A stretch of 63,636 nucleotides of DNA, filler included, from Olpidium bornovanus S191 (Eukaryota > Fungi > Olpidiomycota): assembly GCA_017911155.1 (NCBI GenBank). It is 31 parts of 31 records of this genome, joined end to end, with 100 filler letters (N's around TTAATTAATTAA, not from the genome) between each part and the next. Parts side by side here need not be neighbours in the genome. Positions count along the whole stretch, not along the records: positions 1 to 5,522 come from JAEFCI010013228.1; positions 5,623 to 7,467 come from JAEFCI010006337.1; positions 7,568 to 8,753 come from JAEFCI010012595.1; positions 8,854 to 10,410 come from JAEFCI010004372.1; positions 10,511 to 11,670 come from JAEFCI010001089.1; positions 11,771 to 13,388 come from JAEFCI010008831.1; positions 13,489 to 15,069 come from JAEFCI010010845.1; 24 more parts are not named here. The stretch is one strand, 5' to 3'. This document shows, in pieces, positions 1 through 14,038 of the stretch. The position numbers and the translations under genes were made by a program. Under the pieces are notes generated by a model. The model worked only from the letters and a program-made list of their open reading frames with translations. It was not told where the DNA came from and ran no database searches. How positions within the stretch are numbered: position 1 is the stretch's first letter; every line of letters begins with the position of its first letter.

Positions 1-862
1 CCCCCCCCCCCCCCCCCCACGCCCGCGAGAACTCGGCAACCTCCAGCCATACCTGGCGTAACTGCCGGCGGGCCGAAAAGCGCGCGCTGCCTTGGGGACA
101 CGCGCCCGGAAACTCGCCGGGTGGACCCTGCCGTGCCCGGTCGGGTGCTGGTTCGCGGGTTTCCTTTTTTTTCTTGCGGGGGAACCCCACTCGGTGCCGT
201 GCGTGCGGACGCGGCCCCGGGGTCGCAGGCAGGAGGAGTCGGCCGGCCGGCCGGCCGGCCGCCCGGTTTCTGACGGTGCTGATAACGACGGACCGCCGCG
301 ATGCCGTTCCGCGGGCGTCAGAACTTGTCCGCTTGTGGCCTGGGGTTGGGATTTTCTCCCGGAGCCCGCAGGCGTCTCAGCTCTTTCGCTGACGCCCCCG
401 CGTTGCCGCCTGGGCCGCACCACGGATTAAGCGTACGGCACACGTCCGGGCTTTCCGGGATTCTGAAAATTCTTCTTGGGGGAGCGGTTCGGAGGCGAGC
501 GCTCTCCCGCCGCCTCGGGCTTTTCTGCCCAGAAAGTGTCTTCTGCACTTTCTTGGTTACAGCGGCGGCCTCCGCCACCGGGCAACGGGCAACCCGACTG
601 CTACGCCTGCCCCTTTTTCGATCTTTGCGCAGAGTTTCTTCGGTCGTGAGGTCGTCGGGGGTGGGGAAGGGGGGTGGGCGGGGCGTGCAGAGCCTTGCTC
701 CGCTTTCGCTCGTTCACTGCACGCACTCTAAACATCACAGCATTGTGACGGGGTAAAATTCCGTGGCTGCCGTCGCCATCCGCTTCCGCCTTCGGATTTG
801 GCGTCAAAATCCGGCATTAAGACCCGCGGTTGCGCGTTCCACGGGTGTCCTTCGCCCGCATA

Positions 863-920
863 CGGCGTCACAACCGGCGTCAAATTCCGGCGTCAAATTC
901 CGGCGTCAGACCCGGCGTCA
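863..920. repeat. Short tandem array, 5 x CGGCGTCA core at 12-13 bp period
   Basis: Cores at 863, 875, 888, 901 and 913; a related TGGCGTCAAAATCCGG lies near 800. Confidence 0.8.
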
Positions 921-1009
921 GCACCCTTTCATTTCCGTCTGCGACCGCCTCAGCGGAATCCCTCCAACCCCGGCACCCTCCCCGGAAACCACCTGCACGA
1001 GGAATCCCC

Positions 1010-1074
<65 letters not shown>

Positions 1075-1227
1075 CCCCCCCCTCTCCCTCCCTTCCCCCT
1101 CTTCCCCACACCTTCCCTTTCCGCGCCTGGCATCATCCCATATCCCATATAAACATTGCAAGCATTGCGTGTAGTATGTGTGCGTGTGCGTGTGTGTTCG
1201 TTGATTCGGACTTCAACACATCCGAGC

Positions 1228-4965
<3,738 letters not shown>

Positions 4966-5250
4966 TTTGGCCCTCGCGGTCTTCTCCTGCCAGCGTCTAG
5001 ACCGATCTCTTCTGTCGGCGGCGGAGATTTGGATCAGTGGCCAGCGCGGTCGACACGCGCCTTTGCTGCACGTTCCGACCGTTACGGTCGAGATACGGAA
5101 GGAAGAAAGAGGGGATTTGATATGGCGGGCCGAATCTCCCCGGGCCCCGCTTCCTTCCCCGCCCACCTGCGACGCGACACGCACCTGCACCAAGCCGCCC
5201 CGGGTGGGGAGCGGTAACGCCGCCGGAACGGGCGTCAAGGGACGAACAGC

Positions 5251-5259
5251 ACGCGAAAA
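5251..5259. promoter_or_regulatory. Possible G1/S element (ACGCGAAAA; SBF/MBF/E2F-like) upstream of MCM5
   Basis: The motif lies about 290 bp upstream of the MCM5 ATG, with further CGCG words near 5056 and 5174. Such words are common in GC-rich DNA. Confidence 0.25.
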
Positions 5260-5522
5260 GGCTGTCGCGCACGTGCAGCTCGAGGGATCCCTTTGCACGA
5301 ACCGCGCGCCCCTCTCTCTTCCAGGTGGGTTGCGGTTGCGCGCTCGGCCTGTGCGCGGCGGGTGCGGCGCGGGGGCTGGGTGACAGGGGAGGCGGGGAGA
5401 ACGGGCAGGGGGAAGAAGAATTTCCGGCGGAGGTCAGCGGGGCGGCGAGTACGCTCCTCCCTTTTCCTCCCGCGGTGCGCCGGGCTGGACGGGGAGACCT
5501 GGGGGGGGGGGGGGGGGGGGGG

Positions 5523-5622
5523 NNNNNNNNNNNNNNNNNNNNNNNNNNNNNNNNNNNNNNNNNNNNTTAATTAATTAANNNNNNNNNNNNNNNNNNNNNN
5601 NNNNNNNNNNNNNNNNNNNNNN
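5523..5622. other. Artificial contig linker N44-TTAATTAATTAA-N44 (first of 30)
   Basis: Identical 100-bp spacers start at 5523, 7468, 8754, 10411, 11671, 13389, 15070, 16729, 18222, 19690, 22178, 25366, 27185, 28751, 31148, 33667, 37149, 38389, 39904, 43361, 44551, 46062, 47690, 49408, 51759, 53318, 55077, 57235, 60726 and 62361. The palindromic 12-mer gives stops in all six frames. Confidence 0.99.
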
Positions 5623-6245
5623 CACTGATGGCATAGCTGGAGAGATCTTGCACATCTGGACCATAGTTGACAACAATACGATTGCAGATATACGCGTATT
5701 TCGTGCGGAGCCGGCACATCGTGTGATCGCCAACATTGTCATGCTGCGTTTCTTGGGTGGACGTGGCGTCTTTTATACGTAATTATGCATGTGTTTGCCA
5801 GGGGTCGGGCCTGGTTGCCACCTGAACCTACATGGAAATCCCCCTCACCAGATCACTCGTGTGCTTGAAGTTACGTTCCAACCTACGGGAGTTAAATATG
5901 CACTACTTATCTCGCCGACTTTCGTGTGAGGGGCTGCTGGAGCCGCTCCCGGAAGATGTTATGGGAATCCCGTGAGGTTGCTGCATTTGCCTGTCATCAC
6001 CATCCAAATCGTGGTGTTCCCAGATGAGATGAGCGGGAACCAGACAAAAAGTACAACATCTTCGAATCATTCTCATTCAAAAATGCCGAAGAGCCATGAT
6101 GAAATCACGGCGCAGAACTGTCCTCCGGGTGGTGATGTGCGTGCATTGCTGTGGCTGGCTGATGTTTACCAGAAACAAGCTAAAAAATGCAGGGCGGGCG
6201 AAAAAGAAAGAAGGGTACAGAGCAGGCGCTTTCCGTGAAAAGCCG

Positions 6246-7279
6246 GTCCCGGCGTTAACCCGTCAGACATGCCCGAGGTAGCGCGCGGCGTTCCCACGAA
6301 GCCCTCGGCGAAGGAGCTGCCAGACAAGGCCCGTGCCGCGCCTTCCGCCCCGGTCGCTCAGAAGGACAAGATTGGCAAGAATGCCGCAGCCGCCTCGCCG
6401 CCTCAGCAGAACGCGCTTGACAAGTCGGGGAGGACCGCGTCCGCGGGGAAGGACAAAGGTCCGTGCACCGCGAGCGATCCCGGGGACGGATCGAGCCGGG
6501 GCCCTCCACCTTGCAACGCCACGCCCCATGTCGGCTCACGGTTGTCCTCCACTTCGACTCGAGCGCAGTTCCGGGCAAAGTCCAGAACGGCAGCGCAGCG
6601 GAGTCGCAACCGTCGCCGGGAGACGAATCCCTGACCGGCCAGATCGCCCCGATCGAAAGGCCTCTGACTACCGACGGGACCAAAGTGCCATCAAAAGATC
6701 TGGCGCAGATCTTGCACGATCGTATGTGACAAAGCAACCTCCAGCTCTATTTTTTTTGGCGTTTGCAAATGGCCGTTTCCCAGGTTTGATCTCTCCCTGG
6801 CTCGCGTTTTCGTGCCGTGCACGTCTAGAATGGGCAGCAATAGAATCTTCGTTCACCGACACGCTGAAGTACACGTTTCGCTGCCAACGGCGGGAGTGGG
6901 ACGCGTCTGTCGAATATTTCCACGACCTCAGGGTGAACTTTAAGGCCTTCCTGGAACGGCCAGACCAAAAACAAGAGCTTGTAGAGGCGTTTCAGAAGCA
7001 GTATAACGAGATGGACGATGACCTGCGAAGCGACCTCGATGCCAAGGCTGAGTTGCACCAGCGTGCTGAAGAGCTGCGCGACAGGCTGTGGGCGATCTCC
7101 GACAAGCGCAAGGAGGAGGCCGAGGCGGAGCGGCAGGGTTACATCGACGATCGCTGGGTGGACGACCACTTCGCCATCATGAACAACGTATATGTGACTA
7201 TGATGCAGGCCGAAGTCGACCGATACGCGGGCACTAAACATTTTTTACTCGACTATTACAGGGACGCGTGCGGAGCGGT
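6246..7279 (+). CDS. SPEF2: Sperm flagellar protein 2 / CPC1-like central-pair protein, internal fragment
   Basis: FKAFLERPDQKQELVEAFQKQYNEMDDDLRSDLDAKAELHQRAEELRDRLWAISDKRKEEAEAER..MMQAEVDRY..LLDYY matches the SPEF2 conserved block (FLERPDxKQ..KAELHQRV..LRDRLW..RKEEAE..MQAE..RF..LLxDYY). Confidence 0.85.
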
Positions 7280-7567
7280 GAGTACCGGACGTCCGAGCAG
7301 TTGTTTCCCACATTTGTTCCGCCTTTTCGCCGGCTGCGCAATGCTTCTTCTCTTTGCGTTTTTGCAGGACGCAGACGCTCACCGTATGGTCCTGTTTGGA
7401 AATCGTGGAGATTTTAGGTCATAGACGAGACCATACCGGCACCCATCACGCTGCCAACGATTGCATGNNNNNNNNNNNNNNNNNNNNNNNNNNNNNNNNN
7501 NNNNNNNNNNNTTAATTAATTAANNNNNNNNNNNNNNNNNNNNNNNNNNNNNNNNNNNNNNNNNNNN

Positions 7568-8717
7568 CATGAGGTACGCGATGCTGCCCCTGTTGTCGCA
7601 TATCTGCTTCTCGACGTTGTGGTCTGCCAAAACGTCGTTGACTCTCTTGCGGCAGGTAAAAAAAAAAAACAAAAAAGGAAAAAAAAGAAAACAAACAAAA
7701 CACAGGGTTAGCCTCCTGCACATATCTCGCGCGTCGAGCTTGTGGCGACGGAGCAGACGTTCGGCAGGGGGTTTCTTCTCAACGACCGCGATCGCAGAAG
7801 CCAAGATCTGAAGACCGCGCAACCTTCTTTTTTTTCCCCCACTCACCTTCAGCACGCCGGGAACGTTCTTGTGCGTGAACAGCAGGCGCACGGTCTTGCT
7901 GTCCTCTGGTATCATCCGGAGGTCGCACTCCGGGTAGTTGACGCTCATCATCGACGAGCCGGCGTTGATGAACGTGATGAGGGTTTTGGCGACCTCGTTG
8001 GCGATCAGCGTCTGCGCCTCCTCCGTCGACCCGCCTGACGTTGTGAAAACAACACAGGGTTTTGATCAGCGGCCGTGACGAGCGAAGACCACAGTTTTTG
8101 TCCGCGCAACAAACAAAAAAAGGGTCCGTCATTGTCGTTCCCCCCTTCCGTACCGATGTGAGGTGTGAGGATTGTGTTCGGACAGTTGCGAAGCTCGTTC
8201 TCCTCGAAGTTCTTGCCGTTTGCCTTTGGTTCTGACGGATACACGTCGACGGCCGCCCCGCCGAGGTGTCTGGATTTGAGATTTTTCACCAGAGCGGAAA
8301 TGTCGACCTTCCAGGACGTGGTCATAGGTATCCAAAACCCGTTAGGGACAGGAGGAAATAGAAAGGGGGAGCAATCCAAAAGAGGAGGAAACCGCGCCGT
8401 GCGCATTTTACCACTGTCCCCCGGCTAGCGTTGATCAAGGAGCTCCCGGGACGCATCATCGCGATCTCGCGCTCCCCGATCATGTTCATAGTCTCCTCCG
8501 TCTCGGGCACGTGCAGCGTGACGAAATCGGCGGATTTGAGAAGGTCTTCGAGGGTCTCCACCGACCGGGCCCTGCCGAGAGGCATCACCTGCAGCACGTC
8601 GTAGAACAGTATCTTCATACCCAAGCTCTCCGCCATGATCGACAGCTGAGAGCCGATATGGCCGTAGCCGACGATCCCGAGGACCTTGCCGCGGATCTCG
8701 TGACTCTTCGCGGAGAC
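7568..8717 (-). CDS. SER3: D-3-phosphoglycerate dehydrogenase, partial
   Basis: EIRGKVLGIVGYGHIGSQLS, DFVTLHVPET, LINASRGTV, GAAVDVYPSEP, ILTPHIGGSTEEAQ, and ACT-domain HKNVPGVLK. Confidence 0.96.
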
Positions 8718-8853
8718 CTCGACGTCCAGAACGGGCCGAAACAGGCGCGCGGANNNNNNNNNNNNNNNNNNNNNNNNNNNNNNNNNNNNNNNNNNNNTTA
8801 ATTAATTAANNNNNNNNNNNNNNNNNNNNNNNNNNNNNNNNNNNNNNNNNNNN

Positions 8854-10061
8854 GCTGCGCTTCGGACAAAGTTGCGAAGTATGACTCTCGAGAAGTGAGT
8901 CCGATCGCGGCTGTTGAAAGCGTGACGGCGGTCAACGCAGATTAAAGTCAGCGAATCAAAGCGTAAATGGCATGCCAAGAGAAATACGGAGCGCGAACAA
9001 TTCGCTCGTTGTGCGAAAGTGTTCATGAGTCGTCGCCAAACTCCTTTCCCATCGAATGAGAAAAAAAACCGCCAATCAGGTGGAATCGACAAGCCATACC
9101 TGAGCGACTCAACGCCGACTTCCCTCGTCATATCTTCGGCAGGCTTGTTGTCCCCATCCAGAAGCTGGACCCAATAGGTAGTTGCCCGCGGGTCTTCCGG
9201 GACATCGGCCCGGGGATCGTCTTTGGGCACGGCGGTCCTCAACCTGCCGATGCACCTCGCTGAGTACCTATTTGACATTCATTCGCGTTATCGGTGGGAT
9301 TTTCGATGAGATTGCGCAAGCGTCTTCAGTCATCCGTGTCCCCCGGCTCGCGCGGAGGGAGGGGGTGGGTGGGTGGGGGGTGGGCGGTTGAGGTATTGGG
9401 CAAGGTTAAAGTGCTTTCGTCCCAAGGTGCTCACACAAAGCCGTCGATCTGGCAACCAACAAACTCTCCCGGCTGGTAGTTGAGCGCAAAGGTGTTGTAC
9501 AAGTCCTCGACGACGTCGGCAAGCGGCAGGGTTGAGAAATTGACCAGTTGAAGGGCCTGCGCTTTGAGCGCCTCAGGGAACCGGCCTTCAATGGTCTTGG
9601 CTGCGCGCCGCTCCGACTCCAGGGCCTGCGGGTACGTCAGTCCCTTGGTCGCCGTAGTCTCGCACTGCCAGACCTTCTGCATGTAGAACGTGTACCGGGA
9701 TATGTACTCCCTGCGGGTGGAACGAGAAGGGCAGAACAAAAGCTCCGTGCGGACGAGCGGAGCGCGTTCACAAAGTCAAGGGCGCCGTTTAGCAGGATAT
9801 AATCCGCCGGCAAATGAACAACGGGCAAGCCCGTTTGCCGCACGTCCCGGCGTCCGGGCTGTTCTGGCGCCAAACGCGGGGGGTCAAGCAGGGCGACGCG
9901 TGCGGAACCGAAGGATACGGGTACGTCTTGAATATCTCGCCCGTGAAGGGGATCACGAACACGACGGCTTTGTACGGGTCTGCTGCGGACGAGGCCGCGG
10001 CGAGCTCGTGCAGCGGCGGGGGCGACGCCGTCGGGTACGGCCTCTTCCTAAAGAGCGGCAT
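8854..10061 (-). CDS. ITC1: WAC-domain ISWI accessory subunit (Itc1/ACF1-like), 5' part
   Basis: MPLFRKRPY..VFVIPFTGEIFKTY, YISRYTFYMQKVWQCETTATKGLTYPQALESE and RDRTHFSRVILRNFVR are WAC-domain N-terminal motifs. ATG at 10061. Confidence 0.82.
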
Positions 10062-10290
10062 GTTTCTTCTTATCGTGGCGCGCGCCTCGCTCGCTCTCGC
10101 CTCCCCGGCGGCGCCGGCAGCAGGTGCGCTGGCGGGCTCCTTTTCTCGGCCGCTCGTTCTCCTCCGCGCGACTCTCCGGCGGCGGCGGTCTTTCGGCCCG
10201 GGGCAAAGGTGTAGATCAGAGGCGGGTTTGGGGGGGGGAGCCAAGGGAGCTTTTTGGTTGTTGGGGAACGGGAGGGAAAGGGGGGGGAGC

Positions 10291-10410
10291 ATGGCAGACT
10301 TTCAGACAAGGCACAATGTCTTTGTCAGGCCGACCTTGGGGTACGACTTGATCTTGGGACAGCCTTGGCGCACAAACTACGGTACACGAGCCTGTGGAAG
10401 GACGACGGCA
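10291..10410 (+). mobile_element. Ty3/gypsy-type aspartic protease remnant
   Basis: FQTRHNVFVRPTLGYDLILGQPW resembles the retropepsin C-terminal YDxILGxPW motif. It is short and truncated by the contig end. Confidence 0.45.
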
Positions 10411-11094
10411 NNNNNNNNNNNNNNNNNNNNNNNNNNNNNNNNNNNNNNNNNNNNTTAATTAATTAANNNNNNNNNNNNNNNNNNNNNNNNNNNNNNNNNN
10501 NNNNNNNNNNCATGGATTTGGGGCTACCAGTTGCGCGCCCAGTGTATCCGCGACTCAGCCTCCGCCTTTTCTCCCTTTCCCCCTTTTCTAACACGCTGTT
10601 CTGTGGTCCGGAATAACCTCTGCTAAGTTATCGGATTTGGCCTCCACCGAGCATATAACTTATCAGAAGGAATACTGTATCTCTCAAAAAGTCAGATGAT
10701 CCGGCAGAACTCCCTTGCTGTAACAGATTTTTGGACGTTAGCAAAGGAGGGGAGGGAAGGGGGAGGAAGGGATGGTGGGCCAGGCTGGTAGCGAACGGCG
10801 CGGCGGGCAACGGTTTTATTTTTCCCTTTTTGGTCAAACTTAAACTTTTAATCATTTCTTTTTCTTTTTTCATTTTGGGTTTTTTTTCTCTTTTTCTTCA
10901 GGGGTTGGGTAAAGCAGAGTGGGGAGGGAGATGACCTGCGCGTCGGCCTGGGGGACTTTAGCAGGTTTGCGTCGCGCAGGGCCAGCGGCGGAGAAGAATC
11001 GGCCCGAGTTTGTTACCGGGTAGGAACTGAGCTGGACAAAAAGGGGACGGGGAGGTCGCGTGCCCCGGAGCCGGGTTCTTTTTCCTCCGGTGCG

Positions 11095-11328
11095 TCATTT
11101 GTAGACCACCGGCTTGGAGAAGGCCGGCAGGGCGGTGCGTGTGCGAACCCGGCATGGAATGGCGGTCAGCGAGGCGCGCGCCCGGAAATGCGTGCGAGGA
11201 GCCGGAAAGGCAAATCTCTCAGGCAGATCTGCTGCGGAGCCTCGTCGCTCCGGCCCTCAAAACCCGTCACTTCCGAATGCGCAGGAACTGTCCCGCGGAT
11301 CCCCTCAGCTCCCCGAAATCCGTCACAT

Positions 11329-11361
<33 letters not shown>

Positions 11362-11670
11362 CCCATCCCCCCTCCCGCGCTTCCCCGCTTCCACCGGCGG
11401 GCTTCATCGCAAAAAAGCCGGCCGATGGTTTGCTTTCTCACCTGGTTAAATATCTTCTTATCACCGCCGTGGGGCGTGTAGTTGATGTTCTCGAGGCTGC
11501 CGACCTTCGACCGCGCTCTCTTAAAGTCCATCTTCTCGCTGAATATCTTGACGTCACCGCCCTGGCGCACGTACCCCTCGTTCCGGGAGTCCACCTTCGA
11601 CTCCGCCTGCCTGTCGAAGTCGACCGGGCGCGAGTGGATCTTGACGTCCCCGCCGCCCGGCTTGTGGCGG
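11095..11670 (-). CDS. Tau/MAP2/MAP4-like microtubule-binding repeat protein, 3' fragment
   Basis: Exon 11442-11670 encodes RHKPGGG-DVKIHSRPVDFDRQAESKVDSRNEGYVRQGG-DVKIFSEKMDFKRARSKVGSLENINYTPHGG-DKKIFNQ, followed by a GTGAG donor. A putative terminal exon at 11095-11112 reads PVVYK*. Confidence 0.85.
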
Positions 11671-11770
11671 NNNNNNNNNNNNNNNNNNNNNNNNNNNNNN
11701 NNNNNNNNNNNNNNTTAATTAATTAANNNNNNNNNNNNNNNNNNNNNNNNNNNNNNNNNNNNNNNNNNNN

Positions 11771-13359
11771 CATGCACCTTCTCGTCTGCAGCGATCGTGG
11801 TCGCTGCCACCGCAGCTTCACTGTCAACCGCCCCTAGCTCCTCGTTTTGTGTCAACGCCGTGGCGTTGCCTGCTGCCTGGTAAGCGCTCATCTCCTGCGC
11901 GTACCGCTCCTTGTCCTTCTCGTAGAGATCGTAGAATTGCTGTGGAACCAAGTTAACTGTTAGCTTTACGCGCGAAGCACGTGGCGTAATAAACAGCTGA
12001 CGCCCCTTCCGATATCCTTCTACAGGGCTTCTTCGAAAGCGGTCAGCAACCCACCCTCTGCTCCTCCCGACTCATTCCGTTCCACCGCTGGGCCAGCAGC
12101 TTGGTGGTATCGCTCTGACTTAGTGTGTCAGGCGCCTTCTTGTGCTCCTCCTTCCTCATCATACTGCAAAACACCATGAACGCATTTGCGGGTCGTTTGG
12201 GTGCATTGGGGTCCGGCGGTTGCCTGGCCCGGCCCTTTCCGCTTTTCCCTCCTACGGCCGCGGGAGCAGGGGAACAGCGTTCACCTACCCCGCACGGAGG
12301 CTGCAGGCTACCATTCGCGCCATCCGTTGAGGCCTTGTGAGCATCCGGAGGCTGTGTATTTCGGGTTGAGATACGAGGTTACTTGGAGGTTGCCAAGTCA
12401 GGGAAACGCAAAATTTAGGAAATATAAATCAAAGGATCGTAATTTCTGTTCATTGCTCCGCGGTAGACGCCGAAATTTCCGCTTGTCTATTGCGTACCGC
12501 GTGAACATAATCACCGAACAGATCGGCATCACTGAGGTCACCTTGGTACAGCGATTCCAACTTCTCAAAGAGCAAGCTGACGCGCGCGCACGACCCACCA
12601 CGGAGGTTTTAGGCTCAATATCACCGTAGTGGAACGAATAGCCGAAGTGCCGCGCTAAGGCGGAGCGACAAGACTTCACCAAGCCGGCCCCGCCCCCAAC
12701 CCCCCAGTCGCGTGGACGGAAAAGTCTTAATAGCGAGTTCACCTCCTTTCGACTCGCAGCCGTGCTACACGCTGCTTCGACCGCTCAAGCGTGAGCATCA
12801 GCAAGTCATATTCGCCCTCCACATCCCTGATTCGCTTGAGCAATTCTCTGTGTTTGCGGCGGTACTTGGCCTCTGCAATGCACCGCGCGCAAAAAACGTG
12901 ATAGGATAAGCAAGTCGTGCTTGACCCGCTGCATGACCACCGCTTCCACCAAAAAAGTTCACGTTCGCTAACCCCGGCTTTGTTTGAACTCAAAAGACGC
13001 TAAAAAGTGAGGGGGGGAGGGGGGGAGGGGGAAACGCACCCTCAGCTGCGGAGAGGCGGTTGGCCTTCGATGGCTTCTGCGGAAGGGAAAACGAGGCGGC
13101 GACGGACTAATTGCACCAAAAGCCAGGCAAACAAATTTGACGCCTTCCCGTCGCCAAGGTATGTGTCGAACCCGCAAGTCTCCCGCGTTCGCGAGCGGGC
13201 ACCAGCGCGCGGCGTTCCCGCGGGGACTGCGGCCTCTCGGGGAACTCCCGAGCAGGCCTGGCGCTGATTCGGGGCGTGCCCTGCGACGTCTACGGCAGCG
13301 AGAACACTTGTTCCGCGGTGTTCCGGCCCGCTTCTCACCTCTGGGCTGCTGACGGACAT
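11771..13359 (-). CDS. NHP10: HMG-box protein with INO80E-like coiled coil (Nhp10-like INO80 subunit), 3' end truncated
   Basis: Spliced MSVSSPE|KPSKANRLSAAE|EAKYRRKHRELLKRIRDVEGEYDLLMLTLERSKQRVARLRVER. HMG box DPNAPKRPANAFMVFC..LLAQRWNGMSREEQ..YDLYEKDKERYAQEM. Confidence 0.75.
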
Positions 13360-13488
13360 ACGCGGCGGTGTGCACTGGCGGCGGCGGGNNNNNNNNNNNN
13401 NNNNNNNNNNNNNNNNNNNNNNNNNNNNNNNNTTAATTAATTAANNNNNNNNNNNNNNNNNNNNNNNNNNNNNNNNNNNNNNNNNNNN

Positions 13489-13609
13489 GGTGCTTGCTGC
13501 GCGGATAGCTGTTTCTAATCTGCACAAGGAGACCAAGAAGAGCTTTACCTCCGTGATCGAGGACTTGTACAACTACGTCAATAAGAAGAATGGCAAATCT
13601 TCGCCCATG
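13489..13609 (+). CDS. RNR1: Ribonucleotide reductase large subunit, short N-terminal fragment; homology stops at a CATG
   Basis: [39 protein letters not shown] is a near-invariant Rnr1/RRM1 segment. No downstream RNR sequence (such as YDRDF) is present in the contig. Confidence 0.8.
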
Positions 13610-14038
13610 GCCGGTGTGGCCGGTGTGGCCGCACAGGCGGAGCTCCCGCACGCAGGGCTATCCCTTACACACCGGGACACACCCGCGCGGCCAACGTTTG
13701 CACGCAAGCCCGCGCCGGCGCCTGCGTCTGCGATTTGGATGCGTTTTACAATTGCCATGATAATAACAAAGGAGCAAGCATGGAGTGCGTTTGTAGAGCA
13801 GCTGGGTAATGAGCTGCGCAAACATGGCCGAATAATTTGATATTCATGGATCTGTTCACCGGTGATGCGGGGTCATCGCCGACCCTCCCCGTGTCACCAG
13901 TTCTTTGTTAAACACCGCCGTAATCCAAAACTGCCCGGCGCGGCGAAACAGCGGAACTCACCGAATTCTGTGCCGTTGGCCACACTCAACTCTCTCCCCT
14001 TGAACAGCAGAACGTCCCCCAGCGCCATCCGGCCAGCC

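Noticed and set aside
1008-1090. Long poly-C/poly-G runs (also 27285-27350, 33570-33655, 49516-49590, 57470-57545) as G-quadruplex elements or poly-Pro/Gly ORFs
   Set aside because: They cluster at contig ends and in introns, and homopolymer length is unreliable. The translated poly-P/G/F/K ORFs have no other coding support.
12012-12020. ATATCCTTC as a U12-type AT-AC 5' splice site
   Set aside because: It lies on the strand opposite the Nhp10-like gene, and no matching U12 branch site was found.
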